Below are positions 9,862 through 19,702 of a stretch of 64,000 nt of DNA, one piece after another (position 1 is the first letter of the stretch; each line of letters begins with the position of its first letter). The stretch lies in the IMG/VR virus record IMGVR_UViG_2875713109_000001; one strand, given 5' to 3'. This DNA is from a virus. Its lineage: Duplodnaviria; Heunggongvirae; Uroviricota; Caudoviricetes. A program made the translations under genes and the position numbers. A model generated the notes under the pieces. That model had not been told where the DNA came from. It was given only the letters and a program-made list of their open reading frames with translations, and ran no database searches.

Positions 9862-10443
9862 TTACTGGAACGCCCGAACAATATCGGAGCTGTTATATAT
9901 CGAAGAACCGGTCAACTGGAGGTTGACGGTGTTTTTCAGGAAATGCCCATTGCTGTCCCTGGGCGCATCGAGATCGAAACTTATGTCCTGGATAGCGACA
10001 TCAATGATGTTGATCCGGCGACCAATGTTTAGCGTCACACGCTCCGGGATTCGACCACCAATACTGGCATCTTTAAGTTCCGGGCTAATCATCGCTGACA
10101 ATGCGGCGATAGCTCCTGAAACCTCCGTGAATGGGTCAAACAAAGCGATGAAAGTTACTGGCAGCGTGAAAGTCGGCGGTGTTCCCCCTTCCCAAACCAT
10201 TAAGCTGTTCCAACGGGCAACCGACGTTGTTTCAGTACCAACCTGCGCAAAACCACTGAAGGCACCAGCAACAGATCCCATGGACATACCGGTAAACGGC
10301 GCTTCCCAATTCTGGGCCATGTTCATTGCCGCTCCCTGGCTGATATATCCGGTAACCTGGTACTGAGAGTTCGTTAAAGTAACTTTCAGATATGGCGATA
10401 CACCGTCAGCCTGGCTGTAAACCCCATAAGGTATAGGTGCCAT
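9862..10443 (-). CDS. putative tail protein
   Basis: 193-aa ORF with ATG start, 12 bp from next gene in tail block. Confidence 0.45.
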   Translation of the reverse strand: MAPIPYGVYSQADGVSPYLKVTLTNSQYQVTGYISQGAAMNMAQNWEAPFTGMSMGSVAGAFSGFAQVGTETTSVARWNSLMVWEGGTPPTFTLPVTFIALFDPFTEVSGAIAALSAMISPELKDASIGGRIPERVTLNIGRRINIIDVAIQDISFDLDAPRDSNGHFLKNTVNLQLTGSSIYNSSDIVRAFQ

Positions 10444-10478
10444 TCAAGTTAAAGGCCGGAGTTCTCCGGCCTCCTCCT

Positions 10479-11294
10479 TTAGCCAAGGCGCTTACGGCGC
10501 AGTTTCATTGACTTTTTGCGGGCAAGTTTTGCCGCGCCGGTCTGGGCTTTTCGACGCGCTTTTTTCAGCGCCGATTTTTGAGCCGCAGTCAGACGTTTTT
10601 TACGCAGGCGTTTACGGATGAGTTTGATCTCACCGTTACGAACAACCTTCTTAAATGCTTCAGTCAGCATTTCATCAGAAGTGCCAGCAACAACAAACGC
10701 CGCTTCCAGTTCGTCGCGGTCGTCGCTATCTAAACCAGCGATAGAGGCACCAACATCAGCAGCAGCGTCGTCGTCTTCATCGTCAGCCAGTGCTTCGATC
10801 AGGTCATCATCTACACCGCATGCTGCGAGGAAGTCAGCAACATTTGCCCATGCTTCGTTATAGGCATCGTCCTGTTCTTCTGTAACTTCGGAGTCGTCGT
10901 CATCAGAGATACCAGCGATAGCCTGAACGAAACCATCAAGGGAGTCGAAAGTCAGATCACCGCTATCAGCCCAGGCGAAAACGGCGTCGGCCGCATCACT
11001 CAACGCATTCTGCATAGCACTTCGATTTGCAGCTTCCAGAATCATCTGGTGCGCCTGTTCGACGGTCCATTCTTTACCGTCTTTCCCTTCCAGGATTTGC
11101 TCAGGAGCCGGGGCAGATGGAACGTTATCGTTAGTCTGTGCCGCCGGTTCCGGATTATTATTAATAACCGGATCTGTTGGCGGTTCGGCGCTTGCTCGGG
11201 CAGACTCCATCAGCTGCACAGGATCAGAGTTCAAAGCGAAACGGGACAGTCCATTCCCCAAAAATGCCCCGGATTGAAAAAAGTTTTTGCTCAT
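10479..11294 (-). CDS. hypothetical virion-associated protein (acidic body, basic C-terminal tail)
   Basis: 271 aa; Asp/Glu-rich middle and Lys/Arg-rich C-terminus KKRLTAAQKSALKKARRKAQ...; follows sheath gene. Confidence 0.45.
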   Translation of the reverse strand: MSKNFFQSGAFLGNGLSRFALNSDPVQLMESARASAEPPTDPVINNNPEPAAQTNDNVPSAPAPEQILEGKDGKEWTVEQAHQMILEAANRSAMQNALSDAADAVFAWADSGDLTFDSLDGFVQAIAGISDDDDSEVTEEQDDAYNEAWANVADFLAACGVDDDLIEALADDEDDDAAADVGASIAGLDSDDRDELEAAFVVAGTSDEMLTEAFKKVVRNGEIKLIRKRLRKKRLTAAQKSALKKARRKAQTGAAKLARKKSMKLRRKRLG

Positions 11295-11303
11295 TGTATT
11301 CCC

Positions 11304-12893
11304 TTACTTAATAAGCAGCGGTACGCCCTGGATACGACGGGCTACGCCAGTCGGGCAGCAGGCCCAGACTACTTCCCATTTATCGAATTCCGCCTGCGTA
11401 ACTTTCAGCACATACGGTTCTGTACCGTCAGCATCAGGATCACGAGGAGCCACCAGAGCGCCGGAGGCGACAAAGCGATCCAAAAGTTTGGTCATCCCTT
11501 TAGTCAGACCAGCGGCAGTAATACCGTCAGGGCTATGCTTCATCTGGCGGGCTAACTGGACAAAGAAACGGCTGATTGCATTCATCAGGGATGGGACGTG
11601 CTGGAAGTGCAGATAGTTATCCTGCGTGCAGCAAGTTAAAGCATCGTCGATGATCATCTGGCCAGAGGTGCCAACAGATACTTTATTGAGGCGGCCCTTA
11701 ACCATTGCTTCTTCGTCCGGGGTATCTTCCGGATACAGCGGTTGAATTGACGCACGAGCAATGACGGCACGTTCTTCACCAGCCGGTGAGTAATGCCAAC
11801 CGCCGACATCAGAGTTTTTCTTGACGCCACGAGCTTTCGCCGCATACGCCGCGCCAGACAGACCGAAGACCACACGGGATTGGGTCCATTTGTCTTTGCA
11901 GGAGAACGGGAAGTGATAGACAGAACAGCTTACATAATCGGTACCAAGTAAACCGGTGCCCTCAACAGCTGTTAGTGCTTCTGCGTACCTTAATGTCGGT
12001 TTGACATCAAAGAAGCCATCAATCAGGCGATCTGCACAGATTTTACCTAATGCGGTGATAGCCGCATTGTCATAGCAGCCCAGGCCAAGAACAGCGGTGT
12101 ACATGTACGGCGCATTGTTCAGCACCTTAACCGCACGCAGGTACGCAGCGGTTGAGATTTTCGACTGATCACCGTTGGTACCACCAGTGAACGCCAACGA
12201 TTTTTTGTTTGTTACTTTCGCTGTAGAAATCAGATCTTCATTAACAACCGCGCGCAGATATTTAGAACGAGCTTCCAGAGCCGTAGGCAGATAACACAAG
12301 CGGCCCATGTCATCTTTCGCTTCTTCCGCCAAAGACACAGTGTGTGTCTCCAGGGTCGTTACCACACCAAGCGAAGTCGTCTGGGTCAGTTTTAAGATGA
12401 AGCGTTCATTACTCGCGCTGTCCGCTGTTGCCGTTTCGATGGTTAACTCACGGGTAGGTGAAATACACGGATCACCATCATCAACGTAGATAGCAAAGGC
12501 TTCGCCGCTATCAAGTTCAATTTCAGAACCGTATGGCAACGCACTGTAAGCCGGTTCGCCTGATTCATCGAACATAATAATCGGGAACTTCGCATCATCC
12601 GGAACAGCACGGACAACATAACCAGACGTTTGCTGAATAGCTTCGTACACATGGCGAATTGGTTCGAACTGTGAGCCGGTAGACGGCTTCAGCGGTTCGC
12701 CGAGAACATCTTCGTAATTGGATTCAGTAACCGCAAGAACAGTAAACGGCTTGCCACGCGCAAATACGCCAATACCAGCCCATAAGCTGCTATTTAATGC
12801 AACACCGGTAGATAACGTCGCATCGGCATTGATCGGGCTAACCGCGACGCCGGATGCATTACCTAATGACTGTTGAATTGAATATTGAGACAT
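11304..12893 (-). CDS. tail sheath protein (P1 gene 22-like)
   Basis: 529 aa; ATG with SD agggaaag; position between capsid gene and tail genes as in P1. Confidence 0.6.
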   Translation of the reverse strand: MSQYSIQQSLGNASGVAVSPINADATLSTGVALNSSLWAGIGVFARGKPFTVLAVTESNYEDVLGEPLKPSTGSQFEPIRHVYEAIQQTSGYVVRAVPDDAKFPIIMFDESGEPAYSALPYGSEIELDSGEAFAIYVDDGDPCISPTRELTIETATADSASNERFILKLTQTTSLGVVTTLETHTVSLAEEAKDDMGRLCYLPTALEARSKYLRAVVNEDLISTAKVTNKKSLAFTGGTNGDQSKISTAAYLRAVKVLNNAPYMYTAVLGLGCYDNAAITALGKICADRLIDGFFDVKPTLRYAEALTAVEGTGLLGTDYVSCSVYHFPFSCKDKWTQSRVVFGLSGAAYAAKARGVKKNSDVGGWHYSPAGEERAVIARASIQPLYPEDTPDEEAMVKGRLNKVSVGTSGQMIIDDALTCCTQDNYLHFQHVPSLMNAISRFFVQLARQMKHSPDGITAAGLTKGMTKLLDRFVASGALVAPRDPDADGTEPYVLKVTQAEFDKWEVVWACCPTGVARRIQGVPLLIK

Positions 12894-12953
12894 AACTTTC
12901 CCTGTTATGCGCCCCGCACGGGGGCGCTATGTTAAACGGAGAACTTCCCGTGA

Positions 12954-14660
12954 TTACTCAGAGTCACCGGCATCAATCATGTTACCGGTCAGGAAGTTAA
13001 TTCCGCCATTTTTGGCCATAGTCAGAGTTACACGCGTGAAGTAGTCAGCGCCGTTACGTGGGTGCATATCGTTGATAGCCGAACCCCACAGAGTGGTTCG
13101 GTTAACTAGTGCCGGGGTGGTCGGATGCTGGAATGGGACAGCCGGGACTGCATCACCAGTTACGAAGCCCGCTTTGCCCGGATTTTCATCACGGACGTAG
13201 CACAGCACATCCATTGGGCTGAACTGGATACCGTCGGCGGTCAGGTTCGTACAAATACCTTCTGGTACTTCGAACACTTTGACGTTGCCGAACAGATTGC
13301 CAATGTAGTGGACGTATGGGGTCTGGATGTAATCTTCTGCTGGCTGGAAGAAATCCTTCGGCAATTGTTTGAAGAAAGATGCCGCATCAGCACCGGCATA
13401 CATCCCCATCGCACCAGAAGATTTAATACGCTCAATAATACCGCGATATACCGTCTGGAATTTGCCTCGAATGATGGTTGCCCACACATCAAAGGACTGG
13501 TTAGCTGGCAGTGCAATATCAAAGGAGTCGGTCGCAAGAGTTCGCCAAATCATGATACGAAGACGAAGCATATCTTGCTCATGGGACAGGTATTCCTTCA
13601 GGGTGCGGAACTGTAGGGAGCCAAGATCCAGACCAAATTCACGCTGTGCTTCATACGCCGCCTGTACCGTGTGCTCAGCCGCGATGACGAACTGGTTTGG
13701 GAACAGGGTGTAACTCTTCATTTCGTGGTTGATAAGTGGGATCAGCTCAGGAGCTGCTTCTATATTGATCTCCGCCTCAATGGCGATCTCTGTACCTTTA
13801 TCTGGCGCTTTGGAGAACGACAGGACAATCTGACCAACGTTGTAATTCAAAGAGCAAGTAACAGTGATTTGTTCGCCTGCTTTGTTATTGAATGTGTGAA
13901 GCAGAGTGCCGGAGCCGTTATCAACAACAGACTTAATACGGTTAACGTAGATGTTTGTGCGACCTTTGCGAATCGGGACATTCTGACCTTCGACATCTTC
14001 CATCTTGAAGGTTGCAGTTTTGCTGGTGCCGTCGGAGCTTGCAACCAGCACATAGCGGCGGCGCAACTGGCTGTACACGCCAACGGATTGCATGTCCAGA
14101 ACATCACCAATAGCATAAGAGCCAAAAGAAGAACCCGCTACGTTAAAGATTTCATAGATTTCGGACTTGTCACGCGTAACCGGAATGAATGTACACGCAT
14201 CAGCGGTAGCTGCCCCCAACTGAACAGGCAGGATCATCGCCAGGAATAAAGGCAGACGCATAACCCCGTCAGAAACACTCATCATCTCTGCCGCGACTGA
14301 TTCCAGCATCGCTTTATTGGTGGCATCCATGCTATTGCGGGTGGACTCAATCAGGCAGTTTTCCAGCGTCTGGTGGCAGGAGGCCAGAATTTCCGGACGT
14401 GGCATAGATTTATGTGTTGCGGCGTAGTCAGCCAGTGCACTTGCCCACGCTGTAGCGATTTGAGCGGTGGCATTATCAGAGATACCCGCAAAAATTGGGT
14501 CTTTACGTGCAGCTTCAAGGATAGATGCGGCACGCGCGGCATCATCTTTAATGAATTGGTTATCAGTACCGAACTGCGCAGTGCTTGCCCAGCCAAGCAC
14601 AGCTTTAGAGCGTTTTGCGATATCTGCAATACGATTCTGGTATTCGCGTAAGTTACTCAA
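12954..14660 (-). CDS. major head protein (P1 gene 23-like)
   Basis: Large ORF adjacent to parS as P1 gene 23; no ATG near 5-prime end, TTG at 14660 has SD aaggaag; ORF-track start 14681 is also TTG. Confidence 0.55.
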   Translation of the reverse strand: MSNLREYQNRIADIAKRSKAVLGWASTAQFGTDNQFIKDDAARAASILEAARKDPIFAGISDNATAQIATAWASALADYAATHKSMPRPEILASCHQTLENCLIESTRNSMDATNKAMLESVAAEMMSVSDGVMRLPLFLAMILPVQLGAATADACTFIPVTRDKSEIYEIFNVAGSSFGSYAIGDVLDMQSVGVYSQLRRRYVLVASSDGTSKTATFKMEDVEGQNVPIRKGRTNIYVNRIKSVVDNGSGTLLHTFNNKAGEQITVTCSLNYNVGQIVLSFSKAPDKGTEIAIEAEINIEAAPELIPLINHEMKSYTLFPNQFVIAAEHTVQAAYEAQREFGLDLGSLQFRTLKEYLSHEQDMLRLRIMIWRTLATDSFDIALPANQSFDVWATIIRGKFQTVYRGIIERIKSSGAMGMYAGADAASFFKQLPKDFFQPAEDYIQTPYVHYIGNLFGNVKVFEVPEGICTNLTADGIQFSPMDVLCYVRDENPGKAGFVTGDAVPAVPFQHPTTPALVNRTTLWGSAINDMHPRNGADYFTRVTLTMAKNGGINFLTGNMIDAGDSE

Positions 14661-14711
14661 TTTACTCTTCCTTAAACACAAGGCACTTGTGTGAATCCCT
14701 TTTCGGAAGAG

Positions 14712-14740
14712 ATTTTATTGAAAGTCACTTGTTGACTTTC
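14712..14740 (-). promoter_or_regulatory. candidate Lpa-dependent late promoter of capsid operon
   Basis: Minus-strand read GAAAGTCAACAAGTGACTTTC-aa-TAAAAT: 9-bp inverted repeat plus -10 hexamer. Confidence 0.45.
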
Positions 14741-14799
14741 TCGCGAAAAGTAATTTTTTAAATTTTTTTGTGCGGGGAGGAGAACGAGTAATACAGGCG

Positions 14800-14890
14800 T
14801 TAAATTGTGGGAATTTCAGCCTGAAATCTTTTATGAATATTTATATATATCATGCACTTATACATGAAATCGGCGCGGGACATTTTAGGC
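14800..14890. other. parS: parS-like partition site
   Basis: Downstream of parB; inverted heptamers aatttcag/ctgaaat, AT-rich spacer, second tgaaatcggcgc copy; resembles P1 parS box architecture with different sequence. Confidence 0.5.
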
Positions 14891-14926
14891 AGAGGAGGAG
14901 GCTAAAACCACCTCCCACCAGCTGGA

Positions 14927-15892
14927 TTATTCCCCAGCAGACATTTTCCCAATGATTTTTTTTATTGCTTCGTCAATTTCAGTTTGCACTTCAGACGGGA
15001 GTCTGGAGAACTCGTAGGCGACTACCCGTTTTTTCGGATCAGACTTCTTTCTGGCGTATTGACGACGGTCAGAGAAGTCTCGCAGCTTCTCAACCACCAC
15101 AGATTTAACCGGCGCGGGCTTCAGGCTTTTGCTTTCCGCTTTGAAGATAGCCAGTATCTTCGCTTTATCCTCTTTCGCGCCCTCAGTCTCTGCAATTCGT
15201 TCGCGCACCGTATCAACCAGCTCTTCAATAGGTACGCTTTTAGCGTTGGCATCCTCGGAGATCTGGAGCAGTAACTGGTAATCTGGCAGGGCGAGATCGC
15301 TGGCAACAGGGAAGACAGCAATCATCTCATCCGGCACCGCTGCCGCCTGGAACGCGCGCGTAACTTTAGCCTTTGAAATGTTCTCAGCGCGGGCGATCTC
15401 TTCTTTGGTCATGCTCTTACCATACATAACCTCGAAGCGTTTACCCAGTTCGCGCAGGGTGTGTTCGCGGGCTGTCTGGATATCAATGGCCAGCTGGCGT
15501 GCATCCGCCAGGCTGATCTCATCTTTCGTCACCAGAATCTCAAATTTCGTTTCATTAAAGATACACGCAGCGCGGCGACGTGATCCGTCCAATACCTCAA
15601 TGCGCTCCCCAACCATACGACCGATAGCCGGGAAGAACTGTTGCAATTTAATGGTGCGGGAAATATCGCTTACCGACTCAGGGGTGAGCAGAGACTGATC
15701 GCGGCCGTTAACTGCCGGGTCAACGAACGTGCGCGACTCAATCTCACCACTCAGCACAACGGTAAGCAAAAATTTAGCCTGGCGGCCAGATTTTAGGGTA
15801 AAGGTTTTGGTGCCTTCACTGCCTTCAAGCATGCGAGCAAACTCGGAGCTATTCTTGCCCAGCACTCGTCCACGGGAAACTATTTTTTTCAT
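14927..15892 (-). CDS. parB: partition protein ParB
   Basis: 321 aa; conserved ParB-like block FVDPAVNGRDQSLLTPESV...QQFFPAIG; start overlaps parA stop. Confidence 0.8.
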   Translation of the reverse strand: MKKIVSRGRVLGKNSSEFARMLEGSEGTKTFTLKSGRQAKFLLTVVLSGEIESRTFVDPAVNGRDQSLLTPESVSDISRTIKLQQFFPAIGRMVGERIEVLDGSRRRAACIFNETKFEILVTKDEISLADARQLAIDIQTAREHTLRELGKRFEVMYGKSMTKEEIARAENISKAKVTRAFQAAAVPDEMIAVFPVASDLALPDYQLLLQISEDANAKSVPIEELVDTVRERIAETEGAKEDKAKILAIFKAESKSLKPAPVKSVVVEKLRDFSDRRQYARKKSDPKKRVVAYEFSRLPSEVQTEIDEAIKKIIGKMSAGE

Positions 15893-17100
15893 GCCGCCTC
15901 ACCCCTAACAAACTCAATTCGATCAAACACAGCCTTAGTGAAACGCTCGGCCTCGGTTCGTGCCTTCTTCAGCGCCTCTGCGCTGCCTGGATACGATTGC
16001 GGGTTGGCACTGATTACGGTGTCGAAAGACTCGCCGCATCGCTCAAATCCATCCAGACGAGGCAGAGAAGAGTCCAGAATGTTGCTGGCGTAAACCTCAC
16101 GCGCAAGGCTGTGTGATGTCTCGTGATCGCGCTTGCCGGTCATCTTCGACATAAAACCAATGCTGGCGCTTAAACGCGGTTCTACGCCTTCCTCCTCCAG
16201 TTGCTCCAGCATTTCTGGCAGACGGGTGAGATATTTCAGTGTTGAGTGGAAGTCAACCTGGGCTGGTGGGGTAGGGGTAAGCAGCAAATCGCTGGCCGCC
16301 AGACCGTTGAGCAGGAACGGATCCAGGTGTGGACCGGTATCAATAAAGATAAAGTCATAATCATCCGCAACACGATCAATGATATTGCGTCGAAGGATTT
16401 CGTACTGATTTTGTCCGGGAAGATGCTCTTCAACCAGCTCTTTCCATTGGCTGGCAACAAAGCCATCGTCGATAGAGGCTGGAATCACGTCTACGCCAGG
16501 AACGATGGTCGGACGAATCACCTCTTTGCGTAGCGTCTCCGCGTCCAGGTCGTTCAGCATCGCCTGCGCAGCGGTTTCCAGGATGGAACCAATACTGTGA
16601 GTATGGTCGAGGAACATTGTGCTGGATGCCTGAGGGTCAAGGTCAATTACCAGAATACGCAGATCGTGACGCAGTAAATCCTGATGCACACGCAGAGCGT
16701 GCGCCAACGTGACTGTGGAAACCGTTTTGGATACGCCACCCTTCAGGTTTACGACAAAAATAACGTAAGGCGATTTGTGAATGTCGCGATATTTTGGGAT
16801 CTTACGGTGGGCATAGATATCAATGACGTTCTGGATGGTCAGCGCGTACTGTTCAACGTTACCGACCTGTTTCTTGTTGAACTGGTACCCATTATCTTCC
16901 ATCTCTTTGATGGCCTGCTCCACAATGCGGCGGCTCAGCTTCGGCAACTTTGCCACAGCGTTACGAGTGAACGTCTGATAATACTCGGTCTGATTGAACT
17001 CTTTGCGCTGATCTTCAATATCCTGACTCATGGCCTTAAGTAATGCGCTTGCACGAAGAGCTATGGTGCCGACACCGCCGTAATCGCGTTTCATCATCAT
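15889..17100 (-). CDS. parA: partition ATPase ParA
   Basis: 403 aa; deviant Walker A KGGVSKT and ParA blocks VIDLDPQ, LPRLDGFERCGESFDTVISANP; divergent from P1 ParA as I recall it. Confidence 0.9.
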   Translation of the reverse strand: MMMKRDYGGVGTIALRASALLKAMSQDIEDQRKEFNQTEYYQTFTRNAVAKLPKLSRRIVEQAIKEMEDNGYQFNKKQVGNVEQYALTIQNVIDIYAHRKIPKYRDIHKSPYVIFVVNLKGGVSKTVSTVTLAHALRVHQDLLRHDLRILVIDLDPQASSTMFLDHTHSIGSILETAAQAMLNDLDAETLRKEVIRPTIVPGVDVIPASIDDGFVASQWKELVEEHLPGQNQYEILRRNIIDRVADDYDFIFIDTGPHLDPFLLNGLAASDLLLTPTPPAQVDFHSTLKYLTRLPEMLEQLEEEGVEPRLSASIGFMSKMTGKRDHETSHSLAREVYASNILDSSLPRLDGFERCGESFDTVISANPQSYPGSAEALKKARTEAERFTKAVFDRIEFVRGEAA

Positions 17101-17208
17101 CTCCTTATCATTTCGTATGAGTGAATTGTACGTTTGATTCTGCTACGTGCAACTTATTTTGATTTGTGCGTAAATTATTGCACGTAAAAAATGGCGATGA
17201 GGCTATTA

Positions 17209-17492
17209 GATGTGTGCTGGAGGGATGATGCAGGACCAGAATGTGCGATAGAGGGAAGTCGCATTGAATTATGTGTTGTGGAGGGATCGCTGGTATCAAA
17301 TATGTGCGCTGAAGGGAAAGATAGAAGATTAGATGTGCGCTGGAGGGAAACTTGGATGGTTAGATGTGTGCTGGAGGGAATGTCTGGGCAAACTGCGTGG
17401 CGCAACCCTCCAGCGCACACCAAAAACAGGAAAATGGGCAGGCATTCCCGGCAGCGCACATTTTTCAAATGCAGCTGCCCTCCAGCACACAC
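17209..17492. repeat. incA: incA iteron array (nine RepA-binding 19-bp repeats)
   Basis: Six copies of gatgtg(t/c)gctggaggga-like repeats in one orientation and three in the other, immediately downstream of repA. Confidence 0.8.
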
Positions 17493-18353
17493 TTATTCGG
17501 GAAGTTTCAGCTTTGGATTGCGAGAATGGACGATTACAAAACTTTCCCGGCCTTTCTTCTCAATTGAACAGTCGAGATAGCCGATTGTTTTAAGCTGTTC
17601 TATCGCTTTCTTAATGATACGGTTTTGCTCGCCAACAGCTGACTGCAAAGCCAGGCGCTCACGGATTCGCGCGAACGATAGCGGCAACGGGTTCTGCGGA
17701 AGGCTTTCGATGAAAGTGTAAATGGCTTGTGCAGCTTCTTTCTTCGGAAGGGCACGCAAGGCGTGGTGTTGCAACAGAACGCGATAATCAAGCTGGAACA
17801 GCTCCCAGAGCTTCGAATCGGCCTCCAGCTCTATCAGATCAAGGTCAGCATCAAAACGCCCGACCTTCAGCAGACCAGTCTGATAGCCGCCTTTAGCATC
17901 TTTTCCGCGCTTAAAAGCGATACCCTTGTTACGCAAGCGTCCAAGTGATTCATGAATGGTTAAACGCAGTTTCGCATCCAGACGTTTTGAGGGGAAACCA
18001 CAGGCTTTAGCGAACTCCTGAAACGATAACTGGATGGTGTTTGAAGACAAGCCGTATTTGCTGAACGCGTAGATGACACCGATCCACGTTTTGAAATCAG
18101 TATCCATATCGAGTCGAGGACCGGTGATTTTAATATCATCGTAACCCTCGGCTTTAGCTATCTCCAGCTGGGAAAACGCTTTGGTGGCATCAATCTCTTT
18201 ACTTTCTCCTTTGCTCTTTGATGGCTTCGGCACGAATACCCCCAAGCGCATCAACGCTACAGGCTGCACAGTGTTGTTTGAATTAACTGTTAGTTCTTTT
18301 GCCTTACTTTCAATGTCTGCGTAAAGAATATCGGAGATAAATGATTGATTCAT
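17493..18353 (-). CDS. repA: plasmid replication initiator RepA
   Basis: 286-aa ORF flanked by iteron arrays on both sides, as in the P1 R replicon. Confidence 0.85.
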   Translation of the reverse strand: MNQSFISDILYADIESKAKELTVNSNNTVQPVALMRLGVFVPKPSKSKGESKEIDATKAFSQLEIAKAEGYDDIKITGPRLDMDTDFKTWIGVIYAFSKYGLSSNTIQLSFQEFAKACGFPSKRLDAKLRLTIHESLGRLRNKGIAFKRGKDAKGGYQTGLLKVGRFDADLDLIELEADSKLWELFQLDYRVLLQHHALRALPKKEAAQAIYTFIESLPQNPLPLSFARIRERLALQSAVGEQNRIIKKAIEQLKTIGYLDCSIEKKGRESFVIVHSRNPKLKLPE

Positions 18354-18410
18354 ATTACTTTTTCCGAATTATGTGGATAGTTTTTATAAGTGGTGATAAC
18401 TACCCAGGCT

Positions 18411-18513
18411 TTCCCGTCAGCACACATCCTATATCCCGCCAGCACACATTAGCAACCCGTCAGCACACATTTTTATCCCTCCAGCACACATCGTTTTCCC
18501 TCCAGCACACATC
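18411..18513. repeat. incC: incC iterons (five copies) within oriR
   Basis: Five cc(c/g)(t/g)(c/g)cagcacacat repeats upstream of repA. Confidence 0.8.
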
Positions 18514-18640
18514 GCGATACACTTCTAAGCCAGACGTGGCGCGGCCTGCAACGATCAGGGATCTATATGGATCTAATTGGGATCTGTATGGACCTAATTA
18601 TTGGATCTACCCAGTGGATAATGTGGATAAGTGAAAAACC
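18514..18640. other. oriR: oriR GATC cluster and DnaA boxes
   Basis: Five GATC within about 60 bp (18551-18610) and tgtggataa DnaA-box matches at 18613-18630. Confidence 0.6.
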
Positions 18641-18660
18641 GGCCAACATAGCCGGTTGGA
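18636..18660 (-). terminator. rho-independent terminator
   Basis: aaccggc-caacata-gccggtt hairpin followed on minus strand by tttttcac. Confidence 0.5.
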
Positions 18661-18670
18661 AGGAAGGGTA

Positions 18671-19063
18671 TTATTCTACGCTTTCGATAAGAAGACCATG
18701 TTCATAACATTTAAGCTCATCGCCTTCGTACAGGAATTGGTATCCAATACCACCATTTTCATGGACATTAGGGAATAACTCATAACTCACTGAAGAGCAA
18801 ATCACACCAATGCAGCGATCAACGCCTTCTCGTCCTTCAGTGCTGAAAAAATCCTCTTCGGTAAGAACATGAGTACATTGCTCATCAGCATAGGTCGGAA
18901 ATACATGCTCGATGCAATCCGGGTGTTTTAAACCAAGCTGATCGGCAAGCTCGAAAGCATGACGGTATTGTTCAGATCCTGGCTTGCCAACAGTGATGTG
19001 CTCAATTTTGTAGATTGAAGTCGCTTTGTTGATAGTTTTCTTTACTGTTACTTTATCAGACAT
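18671..19063 (-). CDS. hypothetical Cys-rich protein
   Basis: 130-aa ORF, ATG start. Confidence 0.4.
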   Translation of the reverse strand: MSDKVTVKKTINKATSIYKIEHITVGKPGSEQYRHAFELADQLGLKHPDCIEHVFPTYADEQCTHVLTEEDFFSTEGREGVDRCIGVICSSVSYELFPNVHENGGIGYQFLYEGDELKCYEHGLLIESVE

Positions 19064-19074
19064 AAAAATCCCTT

Positions 19075-19407
19075 TTAGTTACCTCTGATAGCGCGGTTGT
19101 AATCATTAACGTTGCGATTCTTCCTGTTAATCCCCATCAGCATCGTTTCTGTATCGAGGATATACGCTGGCAGATCATCAAAATATTCACTGCTAAACTC
19201 TGGCATCCTGCACATAAATGCACTTTTGGGGGCAGGGTGGTTAACCTTTGTCGGCGTCGGCGTTAAATTCGGTGATCGACTGCCGGAGCAACCGCTGAGT
19301 GTCAGCAGGAATGCGCTGGCGAACATTACCCGCCGCAACCAGTTGTTTCTGAACTTCAGCTTTTCGTTCCATTTGCCTGTCAGCATATTTGGCTTGTTCT
19401 GATTCAT
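19075..19407 (-). CDS. o-spanin-like lipoprotein (Rz1-like), overlaps the i-spanin-like gene
   Basis: Lipobox LTLSGC followed by Pro-rich PNLTPTPTKVNHPAPK; reading frame overlaps 3-prime end of 19241..19663 in another frame. Confidence 0.45.
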   Translation of the reverse strand: MNQNKPNMLTGKWNEKLKFRNNWLRRVMFASAFLLTLSGCSGSRSPNLTPTPTKVNHPAPKSAFMCRMPEFSSEYFDDLPAYILDTETMLMGINRKNRNVNDYNRAIRGN

Positions 19408-19663
19408 TTTTCACTTCCTGGCTGTGAAAATGTTGCTCTGCTTTGTTCATCGTCTCAATGGTCTGGTTAAGATCCATTATTGACTTATCACGTTCCTTAA
19501 CAGCCTGATCAAGACTGCCAATTTTCTCCATGGCTTGCTTTAGCTGATGACGTTCCCATGCAAACCCAGCACCAACAAGTGTGCAAATCAGAACAAGAAC
19601 ACCAGTAGCAGCAAGTTTCTCCTTCAAAGACAAAGCTGTTTTTAACGTAGAAAAGAATGACAT
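19241..19663 (-). CDS. i-spanin-like protein (Rz-like)
   Basis: ATG at 19663 with SD aggagga; N-terminal TM helix LAATGVLVLICTLVGAGFAW then coiled-coil periplasmic domain; ORF-track start 19690 is TTG. Confidence 0.5.
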   Translation of the reverse strand: MSFFSTLKTALSLKEKLAATGVLVLICTLVGAGFAWERHQLKQAMEKIGSLDQAVKERDKSIMDLNQTIETMNKAEQHFHSQEVKNESEQAKYADRQMERKAEVQKQLVAAGNVRQRIPADTQRLLRQSITEFNADADKG

Positions 19664-19702
19664 GTCTTCCTCCTGAAGAAAAATTATCAATGAAGTCCTT
19701 TG

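Noticed and set aside
9635-10366. Long antisense ORFs inside large genes (also 13125..13616, 13671..14249, 16684..17043, 22433..22921, 50094..50675)
   Set aside because: Each lies opposite a gene with clear motifs or operon context and lacks RBS or homology signal; classic shadow ORFs.
17209-18513. incA/incC iteron arrays as a possible CRISPR array
   Set aside because: Repeats are 19-bp RepA-binding iterons in both orientations flanking repA with irregular spacing; no uniform spacers, no cas genes.
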